Assembly: GCA_012295275.1 (NCBI GenBank)
Contig: CM022677.1
Coordinates: 17,856,001-17,920,000, forward strand
DNA: 64,000 bases
Direction of reading: 5' to 3'
Source: Chrysomallon squamiferum
Taxonomy: Eukaryota; Animalia; Mollusca
The notes beneath the pieces are model-generated. The model was given only the letters and a program-made list of their open reading frames with translations, was not told the origin of the DNA and did no database searches. The position numbers and the translations under genes were made by a program. Below are positions 42,551 to 57,056 of the stretch, in pieces (positions within the stretch are counted from its first letter, which is position 1; every line of letters begins with the position of its first letter).

Positions 42551-43013
42551 ACATCTATTTGTGTGAATATGTCTGTGTTTCTGTGTGTGTGTGTTAGTGT
42601 CTGTGATTGTATGTTTATATATGTTTGTATGTATCTGTGTGTGTGCATTTTTATCTATCTCTGTCTGTCTGTCCGTTTCTCTGTCTGTCTATTCATTAAG
42701 TATGTTTTTTGTTGTTTTTTTCCCTCTTGATTGTGGTTTGTACTGAAAGATTACTCTAATCCATACACTGTCATTCATCATTATCAACTTTATTATTATT
42801 TATTTTTTACTCTTTTTTTAATCACAGTATCTTCGCATGCCTTTGCAATCAACAGATTTTATTTCATCTGGCAAAATGCAATTTGTAAAGTAACACCAGG
42901 GCTTTTATAATAAACTTGTTATTTTGATGATTTAGATGAAGTGAAAAAAAAATGTTATGAAGAATTTTATCATTGTCATCATCATAATCATTCTGCTCCT
43001 TCCCATTCTTCTT

Positions 43014-43044
<31 letters not shown>

Positions 43045-43324
43045 TTATTTTTTGTTGGTAAATTGATGAAAAATGAAAAGAGAATACAAGCAGACAAAAG
43101 TATGAATGAATGAGTGAAATAAAAAATAAAAAATAAGAAAAAAAAAAAAAACAGACAAAAAAAAAAAGTTTCAGAAAATCATTAACTACTGACATCCAGC
43201 AATTTTCCACGGTTCAGTGAACCTGAAAAAACTAAAAATTAATTCGTGATTTCTCTTGTTGAATTAAATAGCTGAAGATTGTGAATTGGGGTGATATTTA
43301 TGTTTCGCCTTTTTCTTACAAATA

Positions 43325-43355
<31 letters not shown>

Positions 43356-43575
43356 ATATGTGTTTTGTAATAAAAAGGTACCTGGTGAACTTCATGACTG
43401 TGGAATATTGACTGGTATCGTACGAGTGCAAGTTGGGTATTAATGGATATAACACCCAATTAGCTAAAACTGATATCAGCTGACAGAATGTAATTAAATA
43501 TTGATAAATAAGCAGATTATGACTGGTTTAGAAATTTTTATTAGTTTACTTATCTTCTTCTTTCTTAGATAGATT

Positions 43576-43608
<33 letters not shown>

Positions 43609-43611
43609 TTA

Positions 43612-43645
<34 letters not shown>

Positions 43646-44097
43646 ATTTGTGTGTGTGTGCTTGTGTATGTGTTTTGTGTGTGTGTATATATATATATGT
43701 ATGTGTTTGTGTGTGTGTGTGCTTGTGTGTGTATGTTGTGTGTGTGTGTCTGTGTGTGTTGTGTTTTTGTGTGTGATTCTTTGTGGATTTTTTGTGTCTG
43801 GAGTGGATATCTCTTTCTCAGTTTCTGCATATCTTTATATCTTTCACCATTCTATATATCTCTGTCTGTCAGTCAGTACATATGTGTGTGTGTGTACCTA
43901 TCATTTTTTCATGTTTTTCATGTAAATAAATTAATTACCCTATCTTTGCTCTTCAACTCTCTTCGAAAAAAAGAAAAAAAAAACCCCATTTAATTAACCA
44001 GTCAAATGTAATTAAAAATAAAAAACTTTACACAAACAAACAAACATACATTATAAATGAATGAATGAATGAATAAATAAAGTAATTAATTTCAATA

Positions 44098-44136
44098 TTA
44101 ATTTCTTTTTTTTTTTTTTTCTCTTTTCAGGTGAGT
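44098..44136 (+). other. Candidate recursive splice site (ratchet point) 2, junction 44130/44131
   Basis: TTAAT at 44098-44102, an uninterrupted pyrimidine tract to ...ctcttttcag, then GTGAGT. Confidence 0.65.
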
Positions 44137-44210
44137 TTTGTTTTTTGAAAACACATTTTCCTGTAAGCATGCACTGGTCTGTATGAATTGATCTGTAACC
44201 ATGACAACAG
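44131..44210 (+). other. Candidate cryptic RS-exon (80 nt) downstream of ratchet point 2
   Basis: Ends at a second donor, aacag|gtaatt (GT at 44211-44212). Length is not a multiple of 3. Confidence 0.45.
44195..44208. promoter_or_regulatory. RFX X-box-like site
   Basis: GTAACCATGACAAC. Confidence 0.45.
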
Positions 44211-44449
44211 GTAATTCTTAATAATTAAGCCTTCTAAAAAAGAAAAGAAAAAAAAAAGAAGTTTATTTTAAAAAAAAAAAATCCTGCCTTTGATGCGACA
44301 AGCTTTTGAAGTGTTTTCACCTGGAACAAAAGATAATTATTACTGTTACCTGGATTAGTGCAGTAAGATGAGTTAATCCGTCATTTAATCTGCGTGGATT
44401 AAAGTATTCCATTGTATCAAAACAGCATTTTTGATGATGTATCCACGTT

Positions 44450-44614
44450 TAGACATATTGATGTACATAGACATATTGATGTACATACAGACATATTGAT
44501 GTACATACAGACATATCGATGTACATACAGACATATCAATGTACATACAGACATATCAATGTACATACAGACATATTGATGTACATACAGACATATCGAT
44601 GCACATACAGACAT
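44450..44614. repeat. 20-bp minisatellite, about 8 copies
   Basis: Unit gatgtacatacagacatatt. Confidence 0.97.
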
Positions 44615-44649
44615 AGAGGTTTTTAACTATAAATAAAACTTAAAAAACA

Positions 44650-46310
44650 AACAAAAAAATTACTTCATGACACCCTTTATGTAATTATTTAGATCTCCAG
44701 AACGCATTTTAAAATTATTAATAAATCCTATTTTTTTTTTCATAAATATCATGGGGAAACCAACTTACATTATATATTTATATTACCTTTAAAATGTATT
44801 TTAAAATCTATTCATAATTTTTTTTTTTTTTAATATAGTTTATGGTTATTTAGAAATATGGTATGAGACCCCCCCCCATACATAATATATAAACACTTAG
44901 ATTGCAGTTAATAATTTATTAATAGAAAGTTTTATTGTCGGTCATACTTCATCATAAATGTGGCATAAGACCATTTTACATTATATATATTTATGACGTA
45001 GAATGCATATTTAAATCTGCTGAGAATTATTTTTTTTTTTTTATTTCCTATTAGTTCAAAATTGTCACAATGTATATAAATGACTTAAAAAAGGATTTAT
45101 TTTTTGAAATTATTGAATGAGACCTTTTATAAGATCCGAAAAGCCTTTTGAGTTCCTGAGAGAGAAATATATTTCTTCAAAAGTTATAAATTTTAAAATT
45201 TTAAAAAGGAACATGTTGGCGATGAGTCAAAATTTCATTATCAAATTCTGCTGATGTTTTTTTTTTTCATTTTTTTTTTTTCAATACTGAGTGATAACGG
45301 TAATGTTCTGAATAATTTTAAACAGATGACTAAGTTATTGATTACAATTTTTACTCTTTCAAGATCCTCGTTTTAAAAACATGATGTGAGACCATGATGT
45401 TGTCACAGAAGAACATTTAAATGTTGCCGATTTGATATTTTTACTGCAGATTTTTTTAACGTTTTTTCAAAAAATGTGGCTTGAGACCTTTGTTATTTTA
45501 ATGTTCTGACTGACCTCAAAATACATAAAGTCTTTTGAAAGTTTTATTGATTATATTTTTAAAACAGTGGTATTAGAGACCTTTTTGTTCTCTAACTTGC
45601 TTTAACTGCATTAAATTTTAAATATTCCTGAAAGGGTGTGCTATAAATGACAGGGTAAAAACTGTGGTTTGAGATCCTTTTTGTGTTGCAAACAATGATA
45701 AATGCATTTTTAATTTGTCTGAAAGGAATTTTAATCTAAATGCTATTTTTTTTTTTTTAAACTGTGGCTTGAAACCCTTTTGTGTTCTCTAAATAATTGA
45801 AAATGATTTTAAAATATTCTGGATAGAATTTTATTACAAATTTTAATTACAAAAAAAAAACCCCAGTATGAGACCATTTTGTGTTCCAAAGTGCCTTAAA
45901 TTCATGTCACAAATTCTTCTGAAAGGCATTTTTAGTATGACATATTTCTAAAAATGTGGCTTAAGACCTTTTTTATGTTCTAAATGATCATAAATGCATT
46001 TTTAATTCTTCTAAAATGAATTTTACAAATAAATCTTATTTTAAAAAAAAACCTGTTTGAGACCTTTTATTTTTGTGTAAATAAATGCATTTTAAAATCT
46101 CCTCAAATGAAATTTTTACTGTAAATAATACTTTTATTTTATTTTTAAAAACTCTGAAATTAGACCTTTTATTTTTCTATATATCATCGTAAATGCTTGT
46201 CAAAAATCTACTCAATGGAATTTTGCTGCGAATACTGCAGTTTCTAAAAAAACCATGGCATGAGACCCTTTTGTGTGTTCTGAATGACCTTAAAAGCATG
46301 TTAATGCCAA
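44650..46310. repeat. Old diverged satellite-like array of about 95-100 bp
   Basis: tgagacc(t)ttt variants near 45387, 45482, 45575, 45670, 45770, 45869, 45962, 46058, 46161 and 46261, often followed by aaatgcatttt. Confidence 0.85.
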
Positions 46311-46472
46311 TTGATTGACAAATGTGATCGCTGACAACAACAGCACCATCCATCGAGCAACAATGGCAGTGATCACATGACCTCTCGGCCCCCCCCCACT
46401 TTCCAGCATTGTCATCTTTTGTTGATGATAATGATCGCCATGGTCGCATGCCACCAGGTGACTCATTACCTG

Positions 46473-46486
46473 GTTACCGTGACAAC
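46473..46486. promoter_or_regulatory. RFX X-box-like site
   Basis: GTTACCGTGACAAC within a GC-richer island that also carries CAGGTG, TGACTCA and TACCTG. Confidence 0.45.
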
Positions 46487-46934
46487 CGATTGCTGCTGTT
46501 CTTTATGCTGGAATTTTTCTTTTCTTTCTTCTTTTCATTTTTTTTTTTTTTTTTTTTGGTTTGTGCATATGGAATTGTTTTTGTTGTTAGAGAGAACAAT
46601 GCAGATAAAATGGGTTTTATTTTTTTTTTATAATTTTTTTTATTTATTTAATTATGAGAGAAGAGAATTAAAAGTAAATTAGAGATGAAAGGATGGCAGA
46701 GGGAGGGGAGGGGAGGGAGGAGAGGGAGGGATGGAGGGAGAGATTGACTGGTGTGTATGGATGGATGGATGGATGGATGGATGATACAAATTAAATGGAG
46801 TGAGAGAGAAGGGAAGGAGAAAGAATGACAGACAGACAGAGATGGATGGATAAACAGATACGAAGAGAAAAATGTATGAAGATGAGGGGAGGGGGCACAG
46901 AATGGAGGGAAATGGGGGACAGAAAGGTAGATGT

Positions 46935-47016
<82 letters not shown>

Positions 47017-48354
47017 GCTTGTTCATCTTGCACAGTTATATTGTTAGTATGTTAGACAGTTATTACAGTGGATTAGAGACATACATATGTATTGTTTTCA
47101 CAAATCATTTAGCATCCTTCTTGTTTACTGATATTCTTTTTATACGGATTTGAACCCAGTTGCTATCAGTCTCAACATAAGTGACTTTCTCCATCTCAGA
47201 CCGTTAGTATGTTAGTATGTTAGTATGTTAGACAAACAAAGAGTATGGAAAACTCACACAACCTTCTCACTGTTAGTATATATTATTACAAGGATTCTAG
47301 TCCTAGTTCCTTTTAAGTTTCAAAATCAATGACTTAATACCCTTTTAGTCTGTTGCAGGACTGTTAGTATGTTAGATAATTAGTAAAACAGAAGAAAAAA
47401 AACCAGACTTGTTTACACTCCTCGTGTTAGTATCACCTAAACCACCAAAGCACACAATCCAGGAACTTAAACAGCATGAAGACCCACTGGTTTAACATGT
47501 AAGACAATATGCTGATGACTAAAAATCCAGCATGTGGCACAGTGTGTGTGTGTGTGTAGATAAGTAATCACAGTAATGTTTCCAGTGAGGACAGGGACCC
47601 CCCTTGTGTACAGTATTATCACTTTTATCTAACAAACAGGCGATGATAAACACCGATATTTCACACCCCCAACAGAAACATGTGTATTTCCTTAAAGAGA
47701 GAAATGCATTGAATGGATCTGTTGATGGATGTTTGTTTGTTTTTTTTTTTTTTTTTTTTTTTTTTTCTGCTGATGGTAATAGCCATTTTGACTGACATAC
47801 CAGCCTGTGTGTTCTAGACTGTCTACATGTCTATTCTGTTAAAAAAAAAAAAATCATTTATTTTAACAAAAAACATAATTTTAATAACATTATTATATAA
47901 AATTAAGTAATATTAGCAAGATATTTTTAGTTAATTTTTTTTCAAGAATAGCAAAATAATTAATACTTTTTGGTTAAAACTGACGGGTATACAGTCTAGT
48001 TAATGGTGCCAAAAGGGAAATCCCCTTAACTTCTCAAGTGTCAAGGATTAATAGCTTGTCAACAGATGATTAGACAGAGGAAACAGAGACATTTTTTTGT
48101 AACGAAAGTGTAATGTGTGTGTTTATTTATCCGCTAAAGTGTAATACTGTTAGTTATTTATCTAAGACAGTACAATACGTTTATTATTCACCTAGTTATG
48201 TACTCAGTTTACACCTTCTAACATGGAGAAGAGATGCTGGAAGTGTTTATCATTGCCTGAATTTATTTATTTATTGGTTTTTTTGTTATTTTATTTTGTA
48301 TAACGTGTTGTTTTATTGATTATATCTGTACATGTTTTTAACATACAAGCCAGC

Positions 48355-48385
<31 letters not shown>

Positions 48386-49169
48386 TCATTTACAAATATC
48401 TGTATACTAGCATGCACATGCACACACAGACAGACAGACAGACAAATACAGATATGATACTGACATGAAGGTGGAATCACACATTCATAAATGTTCAAAT
48501 AACAAATATTGTCAAACTCTCTCAATCTCTTCCTCGTTTTCTCTCTCCTTTTCTTTATCTCTTTTTCTCTGTCAATCTGTCTTCCCCCCCTTCCTCTCAA
48601 GCTCTATGATTCTCTCTGCCCCCCCCATGCTCCCTCCCACTCCTCAAACACATCTGCTGTTCATCAAATCAAAAATACAACAACACACATTATTTTACTT
48701 TTTTGTCACATCCCAAAATGTAATCTAAAAACAAAAAAAAATCACTCAAAACTAAAATATTCCGAACACTGGATTTCATTTCTGATGACATCTCCACACA
48801 CTTTAACTGATTTCTTATCATTTTTACACTAATCAGCAAACACACTGTTTATCACGTTTCCATGACAAATGTGACCCTAACCAGTGAAAATCAGTCACAA
48901 GGCATATTTTTTTTCTTTTTTTTTTCTTTTACAAAATTTCAAATTTTGCAGGTTTATCAGGAGTTTTTGTTTTCTTTTTAAATGATATATATAAAATTGT
49001 TGTATATTTACATTATTGGGTGTATAATATTGATAAATAATTTTTTCTGTGACCTTTAGTTATGCTGATAGCCATTACAGACTTTTCCTGTGTCTATAGT
49101 GTATAATATCATGTTTTTATTAAATCCAGTAGAATACCTGGATATTGTCTACTTACAGTAAGTGATTCA

Positions 49170-49284
<115 letters not shown>

Positions 49285-50216
49285 GCTCTCTAGTTGTTGC
49301 TTTAGCAGTCAGAAAAACATTACAACATTATTTGAGTTATAACAGAATCTCTGGTGATAAAAATCATGTTTTCATCAGTTCAGTATGGTGCCTGGTTATC
49401 ATCTGTTTGTATCACACTTCAAAGTTCTGACATTTTGTATGGCAGTGTCCACCTCAATAGGGAAGAAAGTTTTAATTCACAAAGAGAAAAGAAGAGAAGG
49501 GGAAAGAGAGAGAGGGAGCGAGGGAGAGGGGGAGAGGGGGAGAGAGGGAGTGAGAGGGACAGAGAGAGGGAGAGAGACAGAGATAAATGAAAGTGACAGA
49601 GATTCAGAGGGATAATCAAAAGTGATAGAATTAAAAACATAAGTGTGGGTGTGTGAGAGAGTGAGGGAGAGAGACCAAGACAGAGAGAGAGAAAAGAAAA
49701 AGAAAAAATATATAGATGGAGAAACAGGGAAGGAAAGAGAATTGCGAGAAAGTAGGAGAAAAAGTACGAAAAATAAGACAGAAAGAGTGTCATATATTTG
49801 TCCACATATTGATGTATATATATTATGTATGTAATGGGACACTGTGAAATAATTATGCTAATAAACTGAATTACTTTTAACAGAATCACTTCCAGCTGGA
49901 GAACAAATGGAATGCTCTTCCCCACACAATTCATTTTAGTTACCACAAAAGCTACTCACGAAATTAATCGAGGTCTCATCAATTTTTTAATACAATACAG
50001 AGTACACGAGATACATTCTGTACCTAATAGCAATTGCTTGTTAGTCCCTCAAGCACTGGCCCATTTCATTGGTCGATCTCATAATTAACTGGCCAATTGC
50101 TGAAGGCATCTGTTGATTCTTGTATTACTGTGTCCATTATGGGTTTTGTTCATTTTTCTATTGACCAAGTGATGTGTTTTGGTGGACAAGTGCGTCCAGA
50201 GAACTAGCCACAGTGG

Positions 50217-50257
50217 ATTAGATTAGATTAGATTAGATTAGATTAGATGAGATTAGA
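50217..50257. repeat. (ATTAG)n pentanucleotide repeat
   Basis: About 8 copies, one interrupted. Confidence 0.95.
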
Positions 50258-50353
50258 GGAGGTGTAGGTAGAAAAAATGTACTGAAAGTTCTTTTTAATC
50301 TGAAATATGTGTATATGTGTCTGTATCTATCTATGTATCTATGTATGTATGTG

Positions 50354-50396
<43 letters not shown>

Positions 50397-50486
50397 CTGT
50401 CTGTCTGTCTGTCTACATACACAGACAGACACACACACATTTACATACAGATACATACTGAGGAGTTAGAGCTACAAGATCTTACA

Positions 50487-50559
<73 letters not shown>

Positions 50560-50626
50560 TTAAGATGTTTGTGTTCTAATCCATCAATATATATATATAT
50601 ATATATATACATGTATAGGTGTTTGG

Positions 50627-50679
<53 letters not shown>

Positions 50680-51689
50680 CAAACAGATAACACAAACACA
50701 CACACACACACACATTTTATATAGATGCATTTCTCTGACTCATTGATTATTAACTTACTTGCTCGACTAATTGGCTTCTTAGAGTAGCAGGCTGCTGATT
50801 GATTTTTCTCTATTTATTTATTAACTTGTTTATTAAAGCAAATAGCTTCTTATGATTAAAATCCATTTCCCCCGATTTCTTTCATCTCTCTTTTTCTTCC
50901 TAATTCACCTCACCTGCCTTTTGTTTGTTTTCTCTTCTCATTCTTTATCACTCCAGAGCAGTTTGTTCTTTCTCTTTCTTGACATCAGTTTCTCTGACTC
51001 ATTTCTGTCTTTTTTTTTTTTTTTTTCAACCTTATTCTAGTTACCCGTCCATCTTCACCCATATTCTGTTCCTTGACTCAGTTCCATGACTTCTGTTATC
51101 CTTAACCTTTTTTCTTCTTGTCCCTTAATCTACTTGATGCTGCTTCATCTGTATTATTCTGTTAATCTCCATTACTGTATTCTCTCTCTATCCTTCCCAT
51201 CTTAATCTGTTACTCCATTAAACTGTGTTAATTTCCTCATCCTTATTTTTTTTTTATTCTGTTCCTCAGATTTCTTCCAACCTTTTCCCCTTAATCTGTG
51301 TTACTTAACGACTTTCCTTGTCCTTAATCTACTCCTCCATATCTTCCTCATAATCTGATCCTCAGTTCACCCAACCTTTTCTCCTTAATCTGTGGCTTAA
51401 TGACTTTCTTAATGTACTCCTACGTATCTGCCCTGTAATTTGTTTTGTCAGTTCCTCCTATGTTTCTTCCTTGATCTGTTACCCTGTAACTCTCTTCATC
51501 TTTACTATGTCCCTCCCTCTCCCTCATAATCTGGTTTTCAGTTTTTCCCCCAATCCTTTTCCACTAACTCTATTACCCAATTGTCAATACTTCACATCCC
51601 TTCATCCCCAGTAATCTACTCCTACTCATTTCAGCTCTGTTCCTTTACCAACCCCTCACCTCAACTCCTTCTTCTCCTTCCCCCTCTTT

Positions 51690-52295
51690 TCTTCCCTTAC
51701 CTCCATCCCCTCTTTTCTTCCCTTACCTCCTTCCCCTTTTCTTCCCTTACCTCCTTCCCCCTTTCTTCCCTTACCTCCTTCCCCCTCTTCTCTTCCCTTA
51801 CCTCCTTCCTCTTCTCTTCCCTTACCTCCTTCCCCTCTTCTCTTCCCTTACCTCCTTCCCCTTTTCTCCCCTTACCTCCTGCCCCTTTTCTTCCCTTACC
51901 TCCTTCCCTTCTTCTCTTCCCTTACCTCCTTCCCCTTTTCTCCCTTTACCTCCTTCCCCTCTTTTCTTCCCTTACCTCCTTCCCTTCTTCTCTTCCCTTA
52001 CCTCCTTCCCCTTTTCTCCCCTTACCTCCTTCCCCTCTTTTCTTCCCTTACCTCCTTCCCCTCTTCTCTTCCCTTACCTCCTTCCCCTTTTCTTCCCTTA
52101 CCTCCTTCCCCTCTTCTCTTCCCTTACCTCCTTCCCCTTTTTCCCATAGCCTCCTTCCCCTTTTCTTCCCTTACCTCCTTCCCTTTTTCTCCCCTTACCT
52201 CCTTCCCTCTCTTCTCTTCCCTTACCTCCTTCCCCTTTTCTCCCCTAACCTCCTTCCCCTTTTCTCCCCTTACCTCCTTCCCCTTTTCCCCTTTT
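51690..52295. repeat. Polypyrimidine minisatellite of 24-27 bp, about 24 units
   Basis: Unit ccttacctccttcccc(tc)ttttcttc. Explains ORF 51581..52402. Confidence 0.97.
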
Positions 52296-55200
52296 TCCCA
52301 CTCCTGTTCCTGACCTCGGCAACTGGCAAATTACCCGTTTTCCATTTTGCGCAGCCATCAAAGCAAGTAAATTTAATAACGGAAACAATCGTGAAGCCAT
52401 AATTGTGATCTGGTCCATCTCTCTTGTTTAGTTGTCGTAGTAGTAGCTTGTCTCTGAGACCAGGGCAGAGTTTTGTGTTCTTCTTTTCACTGCAGAAAAA
52501 TCTTCAGAATCAGAGTCAGGATGGTTAATGACAAGGCAGGAGATAGAGTAAATCCCTCTTGAGTGACTCTTTTTGGGAAGAGAAAAAGAAACAAAAAAAA
52601 AAAAAAAAAAAAAAGGAATGAAGAAAGAAAGAAAAAGAAAGATACAGAATAATGTAGAGTTGTTGAGGAAATTGGGGAAATGGTTGTTTGTGGGGGGGGA
52701 GTTCAGAGAGGAGGTGGGAGTTGGGGAGTAGGGGGATGAAGATACTGGGGGGATGGATTGGAGGAGGATTAAGAGAGATACAGCTACCCAACAGCCTCAA
52801 CAAATATATAGGTAAAAAATAAATTAAAATAAACAAATAAAAAGTGAAAAAGGAACTGATTAGAAATAGACAGAAAAAAGAAAAAAAAGAAAAAAATGAA
52901 GATGCGAGTATGGGGCAAAAGAGAAAACAACAGAAAAATAGAATCAAAGACAATGAGAGAGGGAGAGAGGGAGAGATGGAGAGAGAGAGATGGAGAGAGA
53001 GATGGAGAGAGATGGAGATAAAACTGAAGAGAGATAGATAGGTAGATATGAAAAGAAGTAGGAAAAAATAAAAGACAGAATTTACAGCAGTACAAGAAAG
53101 ATGCACACCTACATACAGAGATGAAACACAAACACACACACACACAGACAGACAGACAGACAAAGTCCACACATGCACATGGACACACAGGGCAAACTAT
53201 CCAGTCTCACTCCATTATTCTAATCTTCATCAGGAAAACTACCTCTCTGACATTCCCATCACCGTGTTTTTCGGAATCGATAATTATAATTTTTATTTAT
53301 TCTTGTGTACATAACACGAAGCCGACCAGATTAATTATTAATGTGTTGTCGTAGAGTATAGCAAAAAAATAAAATAAAATAAAATAAAAAATAAATATAA
53401 AAAATCTCTGTTCGTGCAGGTGATTGTGAGTATCTTTATTACTCACTGCCTCGTTTTGAGATCAATACAAGAATTTTTTTTTAAATTATTATTATTATTA
53501 TTATTATTTTTTGTTTTTACACTATACCACTTGAGTGCATTGTAATAATGTACTTTTGTTAATGTCACTTTTATTGTGTCAAAATTTTTTGTAATATTTT
53601 ATTACTCAAGATTTTTTTTATTTTTTTTTATTCGTTAACAAAGAGGAATTTTTAATTGTTTTCTCTTGTTATTTTTTGTTTTACATTTTTTGGTTTTGAT
53701 GGGAGAGAAAACAAAAAGAGGATGTTTTATTATGCATTGTTTATTTGGTAACAAATATTGATTATTATTATTCATTATTGTTTCTGAAAAGTTATTTTGT
53801 GAGAAAAAAAAAAAAAGTATGTTTTATTATGTATTCTTTATTTGTTAACAAAGATGGATTTTACTGTTATCGTTTCAAAATTTTTAATGTTGATCTTTCT
53901 GTTTCAAAACCTGTTACTTAAATATTTACATTTTTGTGAATGATTTTATTTTACTTTATTCCATAATTCACTTACCTGTCTTGTATAATCTATCTTTCTA
54001 TCTAAATGTTTATTCGTATTTCTTTACACAGGTATATATCAATCTGGCTTTACCTACCTACCTAGCTTTTTCTAGATCTTAATTTATCTATCAATCTTCA
54101 CCTACCTATCTTCCTGTGTGTGTCATTACCTATCTTTATATCAATCTACCTATCTATCTACTTATCTACATATCTACTAACCTGGGTTTTTTTTTGCATG
54201 TCTGTCTATCCATCTATCTATCTGTATGTCTGTCTGTGTATATAAAATAAAAGATTTCTTTAAAAAAAAATCGAAAAAAAAAACAACTCCTGAAAGCATT
54301 TAGCAATTATAGATCATAAGTCATAAGTTTCATTGAGTGCCTTTGGTTGAAAGTGGTTTCATTTTTAAAAAAAATAAAAATATAATAAAAAAAAATGAAA
54401 ATCGAATATTTATTATTATTATTATTACTTTTTTTTTTTTACTTTTAATTTATTTGAAGTCAGTTTCCATAGAATCTTTCTGTCAGCTTTATGGATTATT
54501 TTAAATGAATGTTTTTTTTTTTTTTTAGGTGATTTTATTATTTGCTGTGTTTATTTTTTTTAGTTTTGTTTTTGTTTTTGTTTTTTCAAGAGAATAAACT
54601 AAAGATAAACCTAATTAAAGGAACATAAAATGTCTTTTAAGATTTCAAACTTAAGATTATTCTTTCCATTAACCAATCAATGGAAATAACATAGTTTTTC
54701 TTTCTTTCCTTTTTATATACATATTTTCTTTAACTTTTGTACTTTATTCCTTTCATTCCTTCCTCTTTTTTTATTTCTCTTTCTCAAACTACTGATTACA
54801 GATGCTTTCTTTCTTTCTGTTTTTTTAAAATGGTTTTGATCAAATTCTCAATCAGAATGAAACAGGAATGTCGAAGCAATTTATTAGTTGTTTATTTTGC
54901 ACGGATTTCGAAGTTTTTGGTGTTCGACAAAATTTCATTTCTTTTTTTTTTTTCCCTTTCTTTAATTCTATTTGCTTTCTCCATTATCTTTTTATTCTTT
55001 TCCACTTCTTCTTTCTCTCTCTCTCTATCTTTGTATTCCTCTGTTTTTGTTTTGTTTCTTCAGTATTCTTTCTATTTCTCTCTTCATCTCTTTTCTGCTC
55101 GTTTTCTCTCTCTCTTTATTTTCTGTAACCTTGTGTCATTATCTCTATCATTCTTTTTCACTGTTCTCTTTATCACTCCATCTTTCTCTTCTTTTCTGTC

Positions 55201-55423
55201 ATTCTTTTTTCTATCTTCCTCATTATCCACTTCTTTTATGATCTATTTTCTGCTTCCTATTGTTTTAAAATCTTCTTTTCCGTTTCTTTCATCTGTTTCT
55301 CCCATCTTACTCTCTCATTCTATCTTTTTCTTGTTATCTATTTCTTTTATCTTTTTATCCATCTTACTTTCTTTTTCTCTGTATCTCATTATCTGTTTAT
55401 CTCTCCATCATCCTGCCTCAATC

Positions 55424-55521
<98 letters not shown>

Positions 55522-57056
55522 AACAACAAAACCAACTCCATCAATCAACAAAACTGAAGATGTAAACACAAATGTTGTGAAAAGCAACTAAATTTCTTTT
55601 CTTTTGTTCCTTCTTCGTTTTTCTAAAATGTCAAAAGAAAACAGCGAAAAAAAACACATAAAAAATTAAATAAATCCAAGATCTACACAGAAAAGAGTTT
55701 TCAGTAATTATTCTCAACATATCAATCAGCTGCTACATTTTCTCAGTGTCGAGTTTTTCATCAGTTTTCTAAAGAAGATTTCGTAAAACTCATTTATTCA
55801 TAAATAAACCGAAGAACTAAAAAAAAAAAGAAAAAAAAAAAAAAAAAAAAATTAAGAAATTAAAAACAAAAATAAAATTAAAATTAAAAAAATTAAAAAT
55901 AAAAATATAATCAAAATTAAAAAATTAAAAATAAAAATATCACAAAAATTAAAAAAATTAAAATTAAAATTATAATAAAAAATTAAAAAAATGTTAAAAA
56001 ATATACATATAGTAAAAACCTCCATTTTTTTTAAAATCTTTTTTTCAACCCTAGTCCTGAAGATTTATTCACATGATTTGAATAGTCATGTACAGAAAAA
56101 GCATGCATTACAATAACACACATTTGAATAACCTCTATTAATATACAATATATATAACGTGTATGATAATGTTGTGATGTTAACTGTGTGGTTTTCCTAT
56201 ATAAGTTTATTTATTTGTTTGTTTTTAAACAAAATGCTTACAAATTAATCTTGATAACAAAATTCAAATTATCTCATGGACTCTTGACAATACGCTTGTA
56301 ATGCCATACCATTTGTTCAGTGCATAATGCTTATAAAATTCACTTCATTACTTAAAGCATGTGGTATGTAATGTCATGCCTATTCTTATAATGCAGTGTT
56401 TAGAAGTAACTTGTTGGTTATGTAATTAATATCATGGTTATGTTATTACTTTATTGTATAAAATGTGGCCCAGTGGTTTGAAAACACTTGTTTGATGTAA
56501 AACTCTGTGGTATGTGACATCCTGTAGTTACTGATTTTGAAGTCATATTAGGAGAGTGAGATGACAATTTTGATTGTTTCTGTTTTCTTTCTCTCTCTCT
56601 CATTCATTCATTCCGTTTCTTCTGATCATCTTTTCTCACTTTCTCATTAGTTGAGTGTGTCTTTGTGTATCCAGTTCTTCTCTCTCTCTCTGTGTGTGTC
56701 TGTTTCCAATACTTAGCCATTTAGAGTTATATTTTCTTTAAATATATCCCAGTATCTGATAACACACATAATATATACATAAACTGTGATAAATGTAGTT
56801 CTTTTATGTTTTATAAGCTGTCTCAGTATTAGTAAAAAGTGACATCTATTTATCCATACAATAAGATAACTAGGTTAGGCCAGTACAAATTAAATCATCA
56901 GTTTTTTTTTCTTCTTCTTTAATAGCCATTTTTATAAAGGATTAATAATAAAAAAATTTTACAAGGTGATGGTGATGATGATGATGCTGATAATAAAATA
57001 AAACATTTTGCCTTCAACTTCTTTATGCAAATAAATTCATATTTTAGTGTTAATTA

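Noticed and set aside
51581-52402. 273-aa Pro/Ser/Leu/Phe-rich ORF
   Set aside because: A pyrimidine-only minisatellite largely cannot form stop codons, and the frame shifts between units.
53965-53985. Perfect minus-strand donor CAG|GTAAGT
   Set aside because: No pyrimidine tract or plausible exon upstream on that strand. Isolated match.
54511-54534. Possible third ratchet point, T-tract-AG|GTGATT
   Set aside because: The donor is weak and the tract is a plain poly-T run, which is common here by chance.
54737-55591. 284-aa hydrophobic ORF resembling a membrane protein
   Set aside because: T/C-rich low-complexity composition, non-ATG start, and no family motifs.
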